This document shows, piece after piece, positions 39,453 to 52,678 of a stretch of 64,000 nt of DNA (position 1 is the first letter of the stretch; every line of letters starts with the position of its first letter). The stretch spans positions 1 to 64,000 of the forward strand of contig JALMLS010000086.1 in NCBI GenBank assembly GCA_038496445.1, in the 5' to 3' direction. Origin of the DNA: Trichosphaerium sp. ATCC 40318. Its lineage: Eukaryota; Protista; Tubulinea. The position numbers were made by a program, and so were the translations under genes. The notes beneath the pieces are model-generated. The model was not told where the DNA came from, did no database searches, and worked only from the letters and a program-made list of their open reading frames with translations.

Positions 39453-42400
39453 ATGAAATCAACCAGCGATGATAAAACGGGAAGAGCTATGTCTGTACAT
39501 AAAAAACCTGCACCATTACCCAGACCATCACGAAGTTATACCGTAGCAGCTGGATCGCCAACACGTAGATCCCCTGCGTATTCTACTTCGGGCCCACGTC
39601 CTAATGTCAAAAAGGTAAACGATTTTGCTTTAGCCTACTAAAATATATGTAACCACGCCATTGAGATGCGAAAGAACTGATTCTCAAAATAAGAGACGCG
39701 TACACTTTCTAACTTTGCTCCAAAGGAGCCAATAATTGTTTACTTTGGTGATAAGACAAGCACAAGGATAGAGATATACGCTACACACTCTGCAAGCGCA
39801 ATGAAAGTAATTATTTTTAAAGCAAAAAAAATGCCGTTTGGTGATATTGAAAAGTTCGGTTTGTACTCAGAGATAGTCTCAAATCTACAACGTAAAGGTA
39901 CTGATCTATTAAAAGTATAATTGCGAATCCGTAATATCATTCTAACAGCACAATGTGCTGTTTTATCTTCGCTATTGCCACTTTTCTTTATTTTTGGCTT
40001 TGAAGCCTTTTTTGGAACTTGACGATTTCAAAGATACAAATACGTATACATCATTGTAAACTAATTTATTTTTAGTATCAGAGGTTGCATCAGACTCTAA
40101 GCCTTTCGATTTGTATAAGAAGTACCTCAACAGCACAAAAAGCCAACTTCGATTTTTCCTTTTAGAAAAATCTAAATTCAAGGACTTTAAGCTTAACAAA
40201 TGTACGTAACAGCAAGTTGTTCCGATTATTTTATGCACACGTGCCACTATTTTTATCAAAACTATTTTTACTTTATGCTTCGAATTACATTAAAGGCGCT
40301 AGTGCGTAACACGTGCGCTACAAAATTTGGTCTTTTTTTTTTTGGCTGCCACTACAACCGTTTAAATGTTTGCGTGTGACTTCCTTCGTGTCACAGTATT
40401 CGTGAATTTTTATTGTATTTTTTTATGGATATTACTTTATACTCGTGTTGTGGTTGTTAGTTTAATAATGATTGTTTTATTAGTTGGTAAAGGCTTGAAG
40501 AAATTAAAAAAAGCAAAGAAGGGTAAAACAATGAGAAAACTAAGAGGAATATCGAAAGTAGATAGAAGTGAAAGCAGTAGATTAAGTCCTAAAAAGAAAC
40601 CAGAAACTCGTAGAAGGGTAAGGAAGAACATTGTATTTCTCTTCTTTTCTTTTTTTTTCCATGCTAGTAGCTTCATTGAACAAGTTGTTTTAACTATTTC
40701 TCACGTTTATTTTTTTGTATTTTACTCTTGTTTTCTAACTTATTTTTAGTCAAATACAACCGGATCTCTAGGTATGCGAGAGTCTTGTCCTTCCACAGCA
40801 GAACGTGTGTCAAGCCCTGCACATGTTACTAAAGATAATGAGGTTAGTTGTCTTTATTCTATTACTTGACTTCTTATTTATACACAGGCACGTGGAGATA
40901 CACCTACAAAGAATCGTCCAGGTAGTCCTACACCTGCAAGAAAGACTGCACGTGGTACGTAGTATTGATTAACTCCAGTGAAAAATATTTCTTGAGAATT
41001 CTGTTTATGCATTTGTTTGGAGATAGACTTCGTGACTCTTTCGGTTATTAACCATAATATTAGACTCTGGAATAATGGATTCTTCTAAATTATATGTTTC
41101 TTCTATTTGTGGTAATTGCAGTATTATTATTCAAGACACTCAAAGTACGAGGACTTTGTCGAATGACTGCCTAACTTTCTTTTTTTCTCCCATTTTTTTC
41201 TGACAACTCATGTTTTATCTCTAGACAAAGAACGTGTTGTTGGTGCTGCTAAAGCAATAGCAAATGAAACACAAAAACTTATAGCTTGCGCAAAACATGT
41301 ATCAGTGTTGTTACTTGACTTCCCGTTACGCCAAAAACAACTACTAGCACATGGACGTGGTATAGCATTAACAACATCAAAACTTGCAATGAAATCACAA
41401 CGTGCTACCACTGATTCTGATTTTCATGCACTTGTGTCTCTTGCTAAAGTATTGTCTAATCACTGTGAGGAGATACTTGTAGTTATACTTTCAGCAAACA
41501 CGTACGTCACACTAAACATCAGAAGCAAAAACGGAAAAAACACTTCTTTACAATCTAAAATTCTTAAGTTTTCACTCTTTAGTTAAACGACTTTTAAACA
41601 CTTGAGTATCTAATTAAGGAAATTGAATACAGCGTTTGCTATTAATCATAGTATTTTATCTCTAGACAATAGCGTAGTTTGACACTTTCTCCATCTTTGT
41701 ATTTTTTGACTTGTTTTTAACATTTTTTTGTTTTTAGTCCACCTGTTCCAGCTATAAGTGTCGAAGTTGAATTAGTAGAAGCGCCTATAATAAAGCGGAA
41801 ATCTATGGCTACTGACCCAATAAGATCAAGAGCTCATACAACTGCTGGTACGTATTGCTGCTATTAAGAAAAAAATAAGAAAAAAGAATCCTAACACATT
41901 TCTACCAGCAAAATCATCTCTGAAGTCTATCTCGAAGAGTAACTCTTTTGAACAAAGAAGTAAACATTCTATTGAATCAAGTTGTAAATCACATGATTCT
42001 GAAACGAAATCATCAATAGAAACACTTGAAGATAGTTGTGATGACGTAGATAAACTTCTCGCTCAATTCGAGACAGAAATAGAACATACAAAGAAACTTG
42101 GAATACAAGTACCTTCACCTGATAATGATCAAGGAAATAATATCCATGGAAAGGACTCAGAACATGCTTACCTATCTACTGATGAAGTTGATGGTATATA
42201 CGCTATGATAACAGAACTTGAGACGCTTACAGACACTGATGCAACAACACTTGAAACGCCGAATAGTGACGACTTTGGTGAAGTTAAGAGTGAACCTATT
42301 TCTCCTCCTCCGAACACTCAGAAATCGATTTCTGTCTCTGCCAAGACAAAAGTAGAGGTAGCAGATAAAGACTTTGCTAGTGAAGCTGAAGCTCTTGAGA

Positions 42401-42975
42401 AGTTGATGGACCCTAATGCATCTAACTCTGCACGTCTTTCTGTTCTTATGAACGCTGGTACGTTTACTTTTTTCTCGCCTTGGTTTTTTTTTTCTCTTGC
42501 TCGAAAGTAACAACTCGTGAGACTCTCAGTTTTTGTTGAAATCTTTCAAATATCGTGTGACTTCTTTCTGATATACTACACCAACAATAATATGAGAAAC
42601 AATTTCATTTTCTTGTTGAGGGGGTGTTGTATGAGGTGAAGGACGAATGTGGTTCCTCGTTTTGATTTTTTTTTTTTTTTGTGTTTGTGATTTTGTGAAA
42701 ACTCCAACGGAGGTAAAACTGCAATTTATACCTTACAACTGTCATACACATCAAATACCTTTTTTTTTTTTTGGTTGTAGTTCTTCACGAACCTTTTTTG
42801 TTTTTGCTTTTCTTTCTTACACAGTTTGCCAGTTGAACAAGATTTGCAACGAGAGACAGAAAAAACACAAGCTTTATTTGGTCCTGTTGATGAACAAGCT
42901 GAAATGGATGAGAATGATGCTATTCTTGCTCAATTTGATGCGCTCAAAATTGAAGAAATTGATCTTGACTTTTAG
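39453..42975 (+). CDS. Multi-exon low-complexity protein with a vinculin/alpha-catenin tail-like helical bundle
   Basis: KERVVGAAKAIANETQKLIACAKHVS...KQLLAHGRGIALTTSKL resembles vinculin-tail helices; S/P/K-rich flanks; ends IDLDF*; exon structure partly inferred. Confidence 0.55.
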
Positions 42976-43819
42976 AGAAAAAAACCCAAAAAAAACAGCT
43001 TGAAAATAAAAGAAAAAAATGTAGTATAAATTGTGTATGTTGACAGTATTGTCCGAAAGGGTCGCCACAGACAAAAGTAACTTGTATACCACGAGGAAAG
43101 CGTCATGCAAATCGCTCTCAACAGAGTTGACACCCCTTGGAAAACATGCACAGGTCTGTTTGTTACGAGTGTGGCGTAAATGGGACAAATAACGTTCCGC
43201 ACCACAGTTTGATAAATCTGACTGAACAAAAAAATCTTTCAAAAAAGACATGTGCAATGAGACCGTAGGGCGTTGTACTACAATTTTGAAACAAAAATGA
43301 AACGGATAAAGGCTGTTGCTGGGTTTCCGTTTTGAGAAAAGTAAAAAAAAACAAACTGAAGCGTTACCTTGACGTGGCTTGACAATAGTACCCTCAACAA
43401 AGGCTATCTTTGTTTATTCAGCATCCCAGGTGAACTAACAGGATCTATAACATTTATAAATTCTACTTTTTAACAACAAGTATTGCCAATGAATGGGTGA
43501 GAAAATAGCGGTTCTCCTTAAACAACCTGCAAACAATATATTGTAAGTACTACATTGTTACTAGTTGCGTGCAACAAAAGCGACAGTGAGTTGTAAACGG
43601 CCACCCGGAAAAATATGAAAGAAATAAAAAAGTACATTCATCTTGTACTGCATCACGCAGTTTACTTTTTGAAACTGAACAAACGTACTTCATTAAATAT
43701 AAACCTGTAGTGGTGCTGTATGTAGTTATGAGCCAATTATTTAGGTTTCAAAAAACTGGCACCACGTGTTAGGTGAGTCAATAGTTTTCAGAGTATCACG
43801 TGAAAATTACATAGTCGCA

Positions 43820-44919
43820 ATGGATCGCACACCAGGCAATAAAAAACTGCTTGAAATAGCGTACAACACATTGAATCCAAGGCAAACGTCTTTTTTGATT
43901 ATATCGTTCTAAAACTAAGTTGTAGTGCTCAAAAAACGTTATTGGACATGCCTGTTGAGATTCTAGCAATGATATTAACTCATACAACAAAAGATCGATT
44001 TGCAGCTTGTCAAACATGTCGTATCCTTTGTTCTATCATTCACGACATTATCGGATACCATAGAATATGGGTAAAAACAGATGAACAAGCAAAACAAGTT
44101 GTTAAACACAGTGGAATCATGAAACACACAAAAATCAAGTTTGTGAATAATACAAGGAGCAAGTTTCCTTCTGACGAGATTGTGAAACAATTCGCTGGAG
44201 TTCATACAATTGGTTTTAGATTGTGTAACTGCATTACAGATGAAGGTGTGAAGGCACTTGCAGGAGTTCATACAATTAACCTTTGTGCAAGTTATGTAGG
44301 AGATGAAGGAGTTAAAGCACTTGCTGGAGTTCATACTATTGGCCTCGAGTATCTTTATGTAACAGATGAAGGAGTCAAAGCACTTGTTGGAGTTCATACT
44401 ATTGATCTCAAGTCTACTTGTGTGACAGATGAAGGTGTAAAGGCACTTGCGGGAGTTCATACGATTAAACTGGATGACACCGTAGTTACAGATGAAGGAA
44501 TCAAAAGTCTTGTTGGTGTACACACAATTAGCCTAATCAATTGTGTAAATATTACAGTTGAAGGCATCAAAGCACTCAAAGATGTTCATGAGATTGCAAT
44601 TTCTCCCCCAACAGACTTGTGGCTCAAACCACTTGGCAATGTACACTCAGTAACCATTTTAGGGGGAGAAAATATAACAGATGATGGAATCAAATCATTA
44701 ACCAAAGTCAGCCACCTTAGTATTTTTTTTTGCCCCAATATAACAGACTTGGGTTTTAAGACATTGGTAAACCTTGAACAACTACATCTGCAATGCAACA
44801 ACAAGATTACAGATGGTTGCTTGGAGTACTTAAAATCTCTAAAACGTGTTGTATCTGGGGGTACATTACTAACAAAGGAGGCTGTTGAGTCGATGGGTAT
44901 TCAATATACTACATGGTAA
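43820..44919 (+). CDS. F-box-like + short LRR protein (351 aa), GC-AG intron 43882-43925
   Basis: LLDMPVEILAMIL...CQTCRIL F-box-like; ALAGVHTIxL repeats; spliced frame is open; paralogue has GT at the same donor. Confidence 0.87.
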
Positions 44920-45540
44920 TAATTATATCGTGTTTTACATCTTGTAATCAAACCTTGTTGTATCTGCTGTGTATTTTACAATAAAGCTATATTTATACAG
45001 TTTGGAATCTTAAAATCGATAATGTCCACATGTAGCAGAAGGTGTAGTATTCATTGATTATTTCTTTTGAGTTGTTCATCTGATTGTCGTGAGCAGTAGT
45101 ATAAGAGATGTTACACATGTATATTAGTCTCACACCCGTTCATACCGTGAACGACACTACAACAAGCGCTTACGGAACGAGCTTGGCCAAGGATAAGACA
45201 TACGGTCACAAAATGGCAGTTGTAGGTGGGTAGTGAATCGTGTACTGTTTCTAGTTAGTACTCAATGTAAATATCTCTGAGCTTACAATCACTCAAAGCT
45301 TTAATAGGCCCAAGCGAGTTATCTTTTGAATTGGTGTATGTCATATTGAATATCAAAGATAAACGTGCTTTTTGATTTTATTATTCTAAATACTTTGTTG
45401 TTGAACTCCATTGACGTAGTAGTGTTCCATTATTTGGCAATTTCTATCATTCAGAGTACTCTCCTTCTCTTACCACCAGCATAACAATAATGGTCAACTG
45501 ACCATTTTATAATACTTTCGCTTGTACTTGACTTCTTTTA

Positions 45541-46225
45541 TTACATCAGAGAAGTAGAGCAGTTCTTGATGAGTGATAACTGACCATTATGATCCCACTC
45601 CTTCTGCTCTCCTTCTAGTTCACCATTGTTGTATTTATATGACTTCCACAATTGACCATTTTGGTGCCACCACTTGTACTCTCCTTCTCGGTTACCATTA
45701 ATGTAGTTCACTGTTGAATGCAATAGACCATTTGAGTACCAGTTCTTGTATTGTCCTTCTAAATTATTATTGACATAATGGTAATGTGCCCTTAGTTCAC
45801 CATTGGTGTACCACTCCTTGTATTCACCATGTAGTTTATTGTTTGAATAGTGTCCTTTTTCATGTAACTGGCCGTTATTGTACCAACTCTTGTACACTCC
45901 TTCCTTGTTACCATTCACAAAAACGTGACTTATTTTGCTTTTGCTGGTTGGAAAGCGAAAGGCCAAATTATATTGTTTCAACCAGTTGCCATGTTTGTTA
46001 AGCTCGTCATTGAATCGTGTTGTTGTAGCACTGTATTTTGATAACAGTGGCCACTTTTGATAAACTTCAAAGTCTAAATCGATGATATAATAATGTAGTT
46101 CGACTGGGATGCTTAATAAACAAAGATAGCCTTCGTTGATGGGTACTATCTATTGTAAAATGTATTTTCGTTAATTTGAGTGTGGTAGTTTAAAGTGAGC
46201 ACGCTACCTTGCGTTTGGTAGTCAT
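45541..46225 (-). CDS. F-box-like + MORN-variant repeat protein, copy B
   Basis: Micro-exon MTTKRK (46225-46208), exon 2 46149-45541 in frame; LLSIPVELHYYII; MORN-variant repeats. Confidence 0.87.
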
Positions 46226-46700
46226 GTGGAAGTTAGGTACACGTGCACAGTTTAATCGGTCAAGTAGTTTCAAAAAAAAATTAGTAGTTGATTCGTGCTG
46301 CTTTGAGTTCTTGTTACTGTTTAACAGAGTCACGCTGATAATGCAACCATAAACACATGTTTTATCGACCACATTAATACTCTAACAAGCACGTGAACAT
46401 AAACTACATAGATTGGTGATTAATTTATCTTTTAAAGTACCTAATCTTTTGCAAGCTGTCATTTTTATCAAAACACGTTTTAAAAAAAGAAAATAACATT
46501 ATTACTAAAATAAGCTATGTCCACTCAAACGTGTTTTGGTTTATTAATACAGTATTATTTAGATGAATTGTGAATAAAATAGATTATGGTCAGCATTAAC
46601 TTGTTGCTAGCTGTTTGACTTAGCTTTTTTTTTCTGTTGTTGGAACCAGAACTTACATTCCTCCTAGTTGAAAGCATACTGAAATGATGTTGCCTTACTG

Positions 46701-47577
46701 TTACTGCTTCTTGTTTTTGACGTAGTAGCAGTGTTTCATAACTATGCCATTGCTATTCCACGAGGTATATTCTCCTTCTTTCTTGTCATCAACGTAATGG
46801 CAATGTTCTGCTAATTGACCATTTTTGTGCCACTCTTTGTACTCTCCTTCTTGAAGCCCATTAACATAATGACATTGACGAACCAGAATGCCTATTTCAT
46901 GCCAAAGTTTACAATCTCCTTCTAGTTTGCCTGAATTGTAATTACACCATACAGCTATTTGACCGTTGTCACGCCAGCATTTGTATTCACCATGTATTTT
47001 ATTGTTTGAGTAGTTTTGTTGTTTATGTAACTGGCCGTTAGCATGCCAACTCTTGCCCTCTCCTTCTTTCTTACCATTTACATAGTGATATTGTTTTTTT
47101 ATTAGACCATTGGTGTACCACTCCTTGTATTCACCATGTATTTTATTGTTTGAATAGTGTCCTTTTTCGTGTAACTGGCCGTTATTGTACCAACTCTTGT
47201 ACTCTCCTTCTTTGTTACCATTCACAAAAACGTGACTTGTTTTATTTACGCTTTTGTTGAAAGAGAATCTAATGCTGCCATCAAGCCCTACTTCGCATGT
47301 TTTGCTGATTAGATAGCTAAAGGTCAAACCATTTGGTTTCAACCATTTCCCATGTTTGTTAAGGTCATCATTGAATCGTGTTGTTGTAGCACTGTATTTT
47401 GATAACAGTGGCCACTTTTGATAAACTTCAAAGTCTAAATCGATGATATAGTAATGTAGCTCAACTGGGATGCTTAATAAACAAATATGGTCTTCTTTGA
47501 AGAGTATCGTCTAGTAATTTTATTAATTTGGTACAGGGTTTTTAAAGCAAGCACGTTACCTTGCGTTTGGTAGTCAT
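46701..47577 (-). CDS. F-box-like + MORN-variant repeat protein, copy C
   Basis: Micro-exon MTTKRK (47577-47560), intron 47559-47511, exon 2 47510-46701 in frame. Confidence 0.87.
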
Positions 47578-47739
47578 CCGTTGGATGTATCTCAATTTGT
47601 AAATACACTGTTTTAAAAATGAAGCATCAGTCAACTAGAGTCACTTAAACCACAATGGTTAATTTCCTTTCCTTTTTTCACGTGGTTTTTAGAACTCGTT
47701 TTAAAACATATGACAATGTCAATTTTAAATGGTAGTCTT

Positions 47740-49610
47740 ATCATGGGATACATCTTACACGTTTTCAAAATGAAGCTGAAGAATTGTTCTCAGCTTTTTT
47801 TTTTTGATAAGGTAAAGTATGTTAGTAAATGGACAGTGCCATGTGTATGTCAAGTTACATATCTAGTGTAACAGTACTCCATTAAGGCGGATGTAGAGGA
47901 ATATATGAGCAAGCCACTTGTAACCTAAACTCAATAGTGGACAATTGACAAAGTGACGTCACATAGAACAAGTTCTGATGACTTCAAAAGTTATTATTGT
48001 TGGCTATAACCAATTCGCTGCCATAAAACATTGTGAATTTACAGTTTTCAGGTAATGCTTCCCTCATTAGTGACATTGCTTGAATTAAAAGTGTTTTCTT
48101 TTGAGATAAATCCCAAACAGTATGTTGAACAGTACAAGTATGTAAGTTTTCAAGCGATCTTAAGTTTCCTGGCACTGGGCAGTTTCTGTTGGGATATGGA
48201 TTAGTATTTGAAGCGACATGAACTAGAAGAAAGCAAAACAAAAGTACTTACGTCAATTTTAACACACTAATTGTCAATTCACTCCAAGACAACCTGGTAG
48301 CTGATTTAAGTGACTTGCAATGTAATTCTTTTAAGTTTGTTAGCTCTCTTAACTCACGGAGGATTTGTTGACCTCCATCAAGTTTTAGTGTACTTATATG
48401 TTGCTATAAAGTAAAGGTAAGCGCTTGCATTGAATTGAACACGAATTTTTTTTTTGTTTTTTTTTGAAATTTCTTCAGTTGCACGTGCGCAAACTGTATT
48501 ACAAGGAAATTTCGCTTCATATTAGACATGCTTGGTATAGTTTATGCGAAATTTACTAGAAACTATACCAAGCATTGCTAAAGAAGAAGGAAACAATACT
48601 TTTTCTTACTGCAAGGAAAAAAGTTTCTTCTGCGCGGAATCGAACTGACGTTGCGTTTTCTTTTGAACTACAAATTGCGTGTTTTGCCATGGTGAGGCGC
48701 TATTGAAGAAAAAAGTGGTTTCGCAGAAAGTCGTCAAAAAATTAGCGTTTACGTACCAAGCTTACTAGAGACTTGCAGTTGGCTGATACAAGCGATAGCG
48801 TTCTTAAATTAGTGTACTTTGCAACTTGTTGACAGTTTACAACGCCTTTTAGAAGAGACAAGGATGTCACGTTTGGGACAGCGTCAACTGACACAAACTT
48901 TAAGTCTCTTGAAGAAATCATCAAAGTATGCAACTTTGAACACCTAAACACAGAATTTATATCACGTGATTTTTAATGGACGTCGTACGATTGTAGCCAT
49001 TTTGAAAAAACCCTTCCAACATCATTACCATAAAAATCATTACCAGAAACGTCTAGCACCTACAAACTCAAGTTTAGTGTTTGTCTCAAAAAAAAAACAT
49101 ACCTCTAATCTTGTTAGTTGTAATAACGGCTTTATTTGCTTTGGTCCAATCATATGACCGCATCTACAGGTTGTCATGATGCTGTTCGTTCTGTTAGACG
49201 TACCTACGAAGTGACAGAGAACGTAGTTTTACAAGGTGCGCTAAATGTTCGAATTCTCTTTCAGGTCTCAAAAAACCAGAACACCAAGCTAAGTCAAGTT
49301 CTTCTATGGCCCTAAAAGTACGCAAAAATGAAAGAGACATTATTTGGCGTCCGTTCCAAGGTCTTAAGTTGAAACCTAAACGACAATTAGCTATTTGTAC
49401 TCAATTATCTGTAGTAGCACCTTGTAGAGACTTTATGCAATACACGGACGCGTATTGAAGCTGTTTACAAACAAGTGATGCTGAAAAAATGGAATGAAGC
49501 GGTAGACGTGATAGAATAACGACTTTGAAGTAGTTTAGTATGGTCGTTAACGTTTTATTTGATTTCAGCGTACCTATAACTTCTAAAGGTAATTCAGAAA
49601 GGTTTTCCAT
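47740..49610 (-). CDS. Multi-exon F-box/LRR protein
   Basis: MENLSELPLEVI|VVILSRLPLHSIFSASLVCKQL F-box; LHTLMI, LRTLSL, LKELHC LRR-like strands; 3' end approximate. Confidence 0.75.
48522..48581. ncRNA. Intronic pre-miRNA-like hairpin candidate
   Basis: Perfect 16-bp stem atgcttggtatagttt/aaactataccaagcat, 16-nt loop, extendable to ~22 bp. Confidence 0.35.
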
Positions 49611-50894
49611 CTCTCGAGGGTATTATAATGGTAGCACAAACGGTTTGAGTGTTTTTGTGAGCACACAAACCCCAAAAAAGCCAAACAAGTGTCGCTTAAC
49701 ACAAAAAAAACCAAGCGAAATTTCGAGCGCTTTTTCTACCTCTCTTGTACGTGTAAGGAGCAACCACGTTAAATATTTGATTGCACAACAATTCTAAGCG
49801 AACAAATAATTGAACGGTAGCTGGCTAACACTTCACGTGGTGAAGGTTTTTTTCAGTGAAGTAAATTGCATTTCTTTCGAAAAAGTTGAACCGCCACTGT
49901 CATTCTCTCCCATTTGTATAATTTTCTGTTCTTGCAAATCATAATGATAGAACACTTTTCGTTACAAACTCAACTGGATTTGTACAATCTCCACTGTATA
50001 GCAACAGGTCAGTTTATTCCTAATATTTTAGTGACATTTTGTTGTCAGCAATATATACAATTGGCAACTAGAACGCTAGATGTATTAGTTTCCTCCAAAT
50101 AGATTATTCTAGCCTGTGTATTAAGGTATGGTTTTATTACTATCATCGGCAGCTGTTCCAATTACATTCTCATCTGGTTTCATTTTAGTCGTATGAATGG
50201 ATGTATGCCATCTGCACCATCAATCCATTTGTAGAGTTTTGAGCACCATTTACCAATGCATGATTCGTCCTCTTTGTTATTTCCTGCTACTGAGCATACA
50301 AACATTTAGACAACGAAAATATTGGTCAACGATATGCCATAGCCTTTGAAGAATAGGTGTTCATTGTGAGTTAAATATTTTTAGCTTAGAGGAAGTGTCA
50401 AGTTTTGTTCATGTAGTTTATCCGATGAATCCCGACTTCACTAGCAACTTGAATGAAACCAGCGTTTAGTTTCCAACAAACCATGGTTGATAATGAAAGG
50501 GTTCAGTTAATAGTCCGATGAGGTAAGTACACTGTAGAGTGTATTTTTGCAATTATGATTTATATGTTCCTACAAGCAACCGAGGCTGTACAATATTGCT
50601 TATTGGTCATTTGGAGTGTTAATAAGGAATGAGGGTATAAAAGTAGGAAAATTATGAAGAATCCTGCTATCTAAAGCAAAAATAGCACCATCATCACGAA
50701 TTTTCTCGCGCTTTATAATTGCACACGTGATTTCTCGTGACACTTTACTTCCCGAATATTTATCTGAATTGAAAGAAAGCCTTTATTAATGCGTCTGTTA
50801 TGTTTAGAAGCTTGGCATTAACTAGCTGACGGGCTAGAGGTTAAGTCTTTCTTTTATGCTCTTTTTGGTGTTTTTCAAGAAGCAATCTCGTAGA

Positions 50895-52135
50895 ATGCAT
50901 CACAGCTCTAGAAAATTATCGTTTGCTGTTATACTGGCGTTTATTTCTGCTTGTATTTGTCAGAGACCTCCTGGGTACATATTCACTAACTACGATAGTA
51001 CAGTTCCACTTCCTCGACAAATAGAGATATTTACAACAGATCTTGAGTTTAACAGTAAGTACAGCACATTGTGCAGCTAATTAAGCTTATTTTAGATCTA
51101 CAATCGTTTGGTGTCATCCCTGTTACAGTACCCGATATTGCAGTACCTACAATAAGTACGCTCTTCTTCATTTCAAACCATCTTCTGTCTGGTGTTGGGA
51201 TTATCAAAGACCACCTGTAAATTAAACGTGAAGACTATCAATAGGTTGATACACTCGAACTGTTCTTTCCTGCATTGCCTTTTATCTATAAGTTCAGAAA
51301 CCCTTAGGCTGATTTATTCATTTAGTACCTACATTAGATGGCTCTATGATTCTTGTTGTATTTAGTAATTTAGTATCAGTCAGAGCATTAGATAACACTG
51401 AGATTTGTACTGGTTCTATCCCTGGCTCGATTATTTCAGGAGGTTTTGTTGATGACACTCACTTTTATGCAAATGTTGGTTCAAATATTGGTATACCAGT
51501 AGAGTCAATAGGCCGATATAGGCTTGACATCACCAACCAAGGTGACTGTATATCCCCTGTGATATCAGTTTGTGAATTCACAAGTGGTTCAGTACACACC
51601 AGTATGTACTTCTTTTAATATGTAGCACGTGATTGATTGCCATGTTTGGTTTTTTATAGTTGTGGTTGATGACGACACAATATACATAGACGGTGCTACA
51701 TTCAATCCCGCACCTGTAGGTGCCCTATTAGAGCTAGATATATCAAGTTTAAATGCAGATCCTTGCTCAATTGACCTACGAACGCTTCCTGCTATTCGCA
51801 CTGGTGCATTTCTGCCGTTTTTAGTTCTTGCTGAACTTAACGATAGAACACTACTATTGACTAATTCGCCTGGAGGCACTATATCAATAGATAAGACAAC
51901 AGGTATTATCCATTTTATTCTTATCTATTTGTATGACTTTTTGTCATAGGTAGTACAGAGGCTTACAATATGGCACCTATGTTTAGACCATTCACAAAAC
52001 CTGTTTTTTATCCTGGTCTTTGTATCAAGGTATGGGGTTCTTATTCTTTCCTTGTTCACAGTGTTAATCACATGACTACTGTCATAGATCACACCAGAGA
52101 TGAATGCTGCCAGGATTCAATTATTATCTCCTTAA
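50895..52135 (+). CDS. Secreted protein family B copy (six coding exons)
   Basis: Signal peptide, QRPPGYIF, VSVRALDNTEICTGS, PVFYPGLCIK|ITPEMNAARIQLLSP*. Confidence 0.82.
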
Positions 52136-52678
52136 ATAAAACTCTGTTTGGTTACAGGATTGCTGTTGCACGAAAATTTACATCGCTTGATTGTTCATTC
52201 TATTGCACAAGCATAGCGACAATGCAATAAAACCTTAGTAGCAATAAACTCTTACTGTGTTGACCAATTTCTTGAAGGCTTATGTAACTTTAAACAACAT
52301 CATGCGTTTTCTAGCACATAGCCTTTGTGAATAGTTGTTTGCGGAACTTTGATCTAATCACGTGTTTTTCTCAAACACATTACTTACCTACTTATCCGAA
52401 AGAACGTCTTGACGCCTGTGTTATATGTAACGAGAGGATTCGAGATACAGATTCAATGCACGTACTCAGAGGAATCACGTGCTCCGAGAGAGAGCGTGTC
52501 TATATCGTTAGCCAGCATGATGTTTAAGCCCTTGTTTGTAACATAATAAAGTAGTTAGTACATAGTTAACAACGTCCTGTTACTTTAAATTAGAAATGTA
52601 GTATTAGCAAACTGCGAGGTTAAGTTCGTCGTCTTATTGTGCTCTTTTTTAGAGTTTTTCAAGAAACAATCTCGTAGA

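Noticed and set aside
9301-47577. Intact endogenous giant virus, or a diversity-generating retroelement
   Set aside because: No capsid, polymerase, packaging ATPase or reverse transcriptase seen; genes are interleaved with intron-rich host genes; variation includes indels and is not obviously adenine-specific.
50150-50520. Possible decayed F-box/LRR remnant on the minus strand (similar hint at 30300-30720)
   Set aside because: Similarity too weak to support without an alignment.
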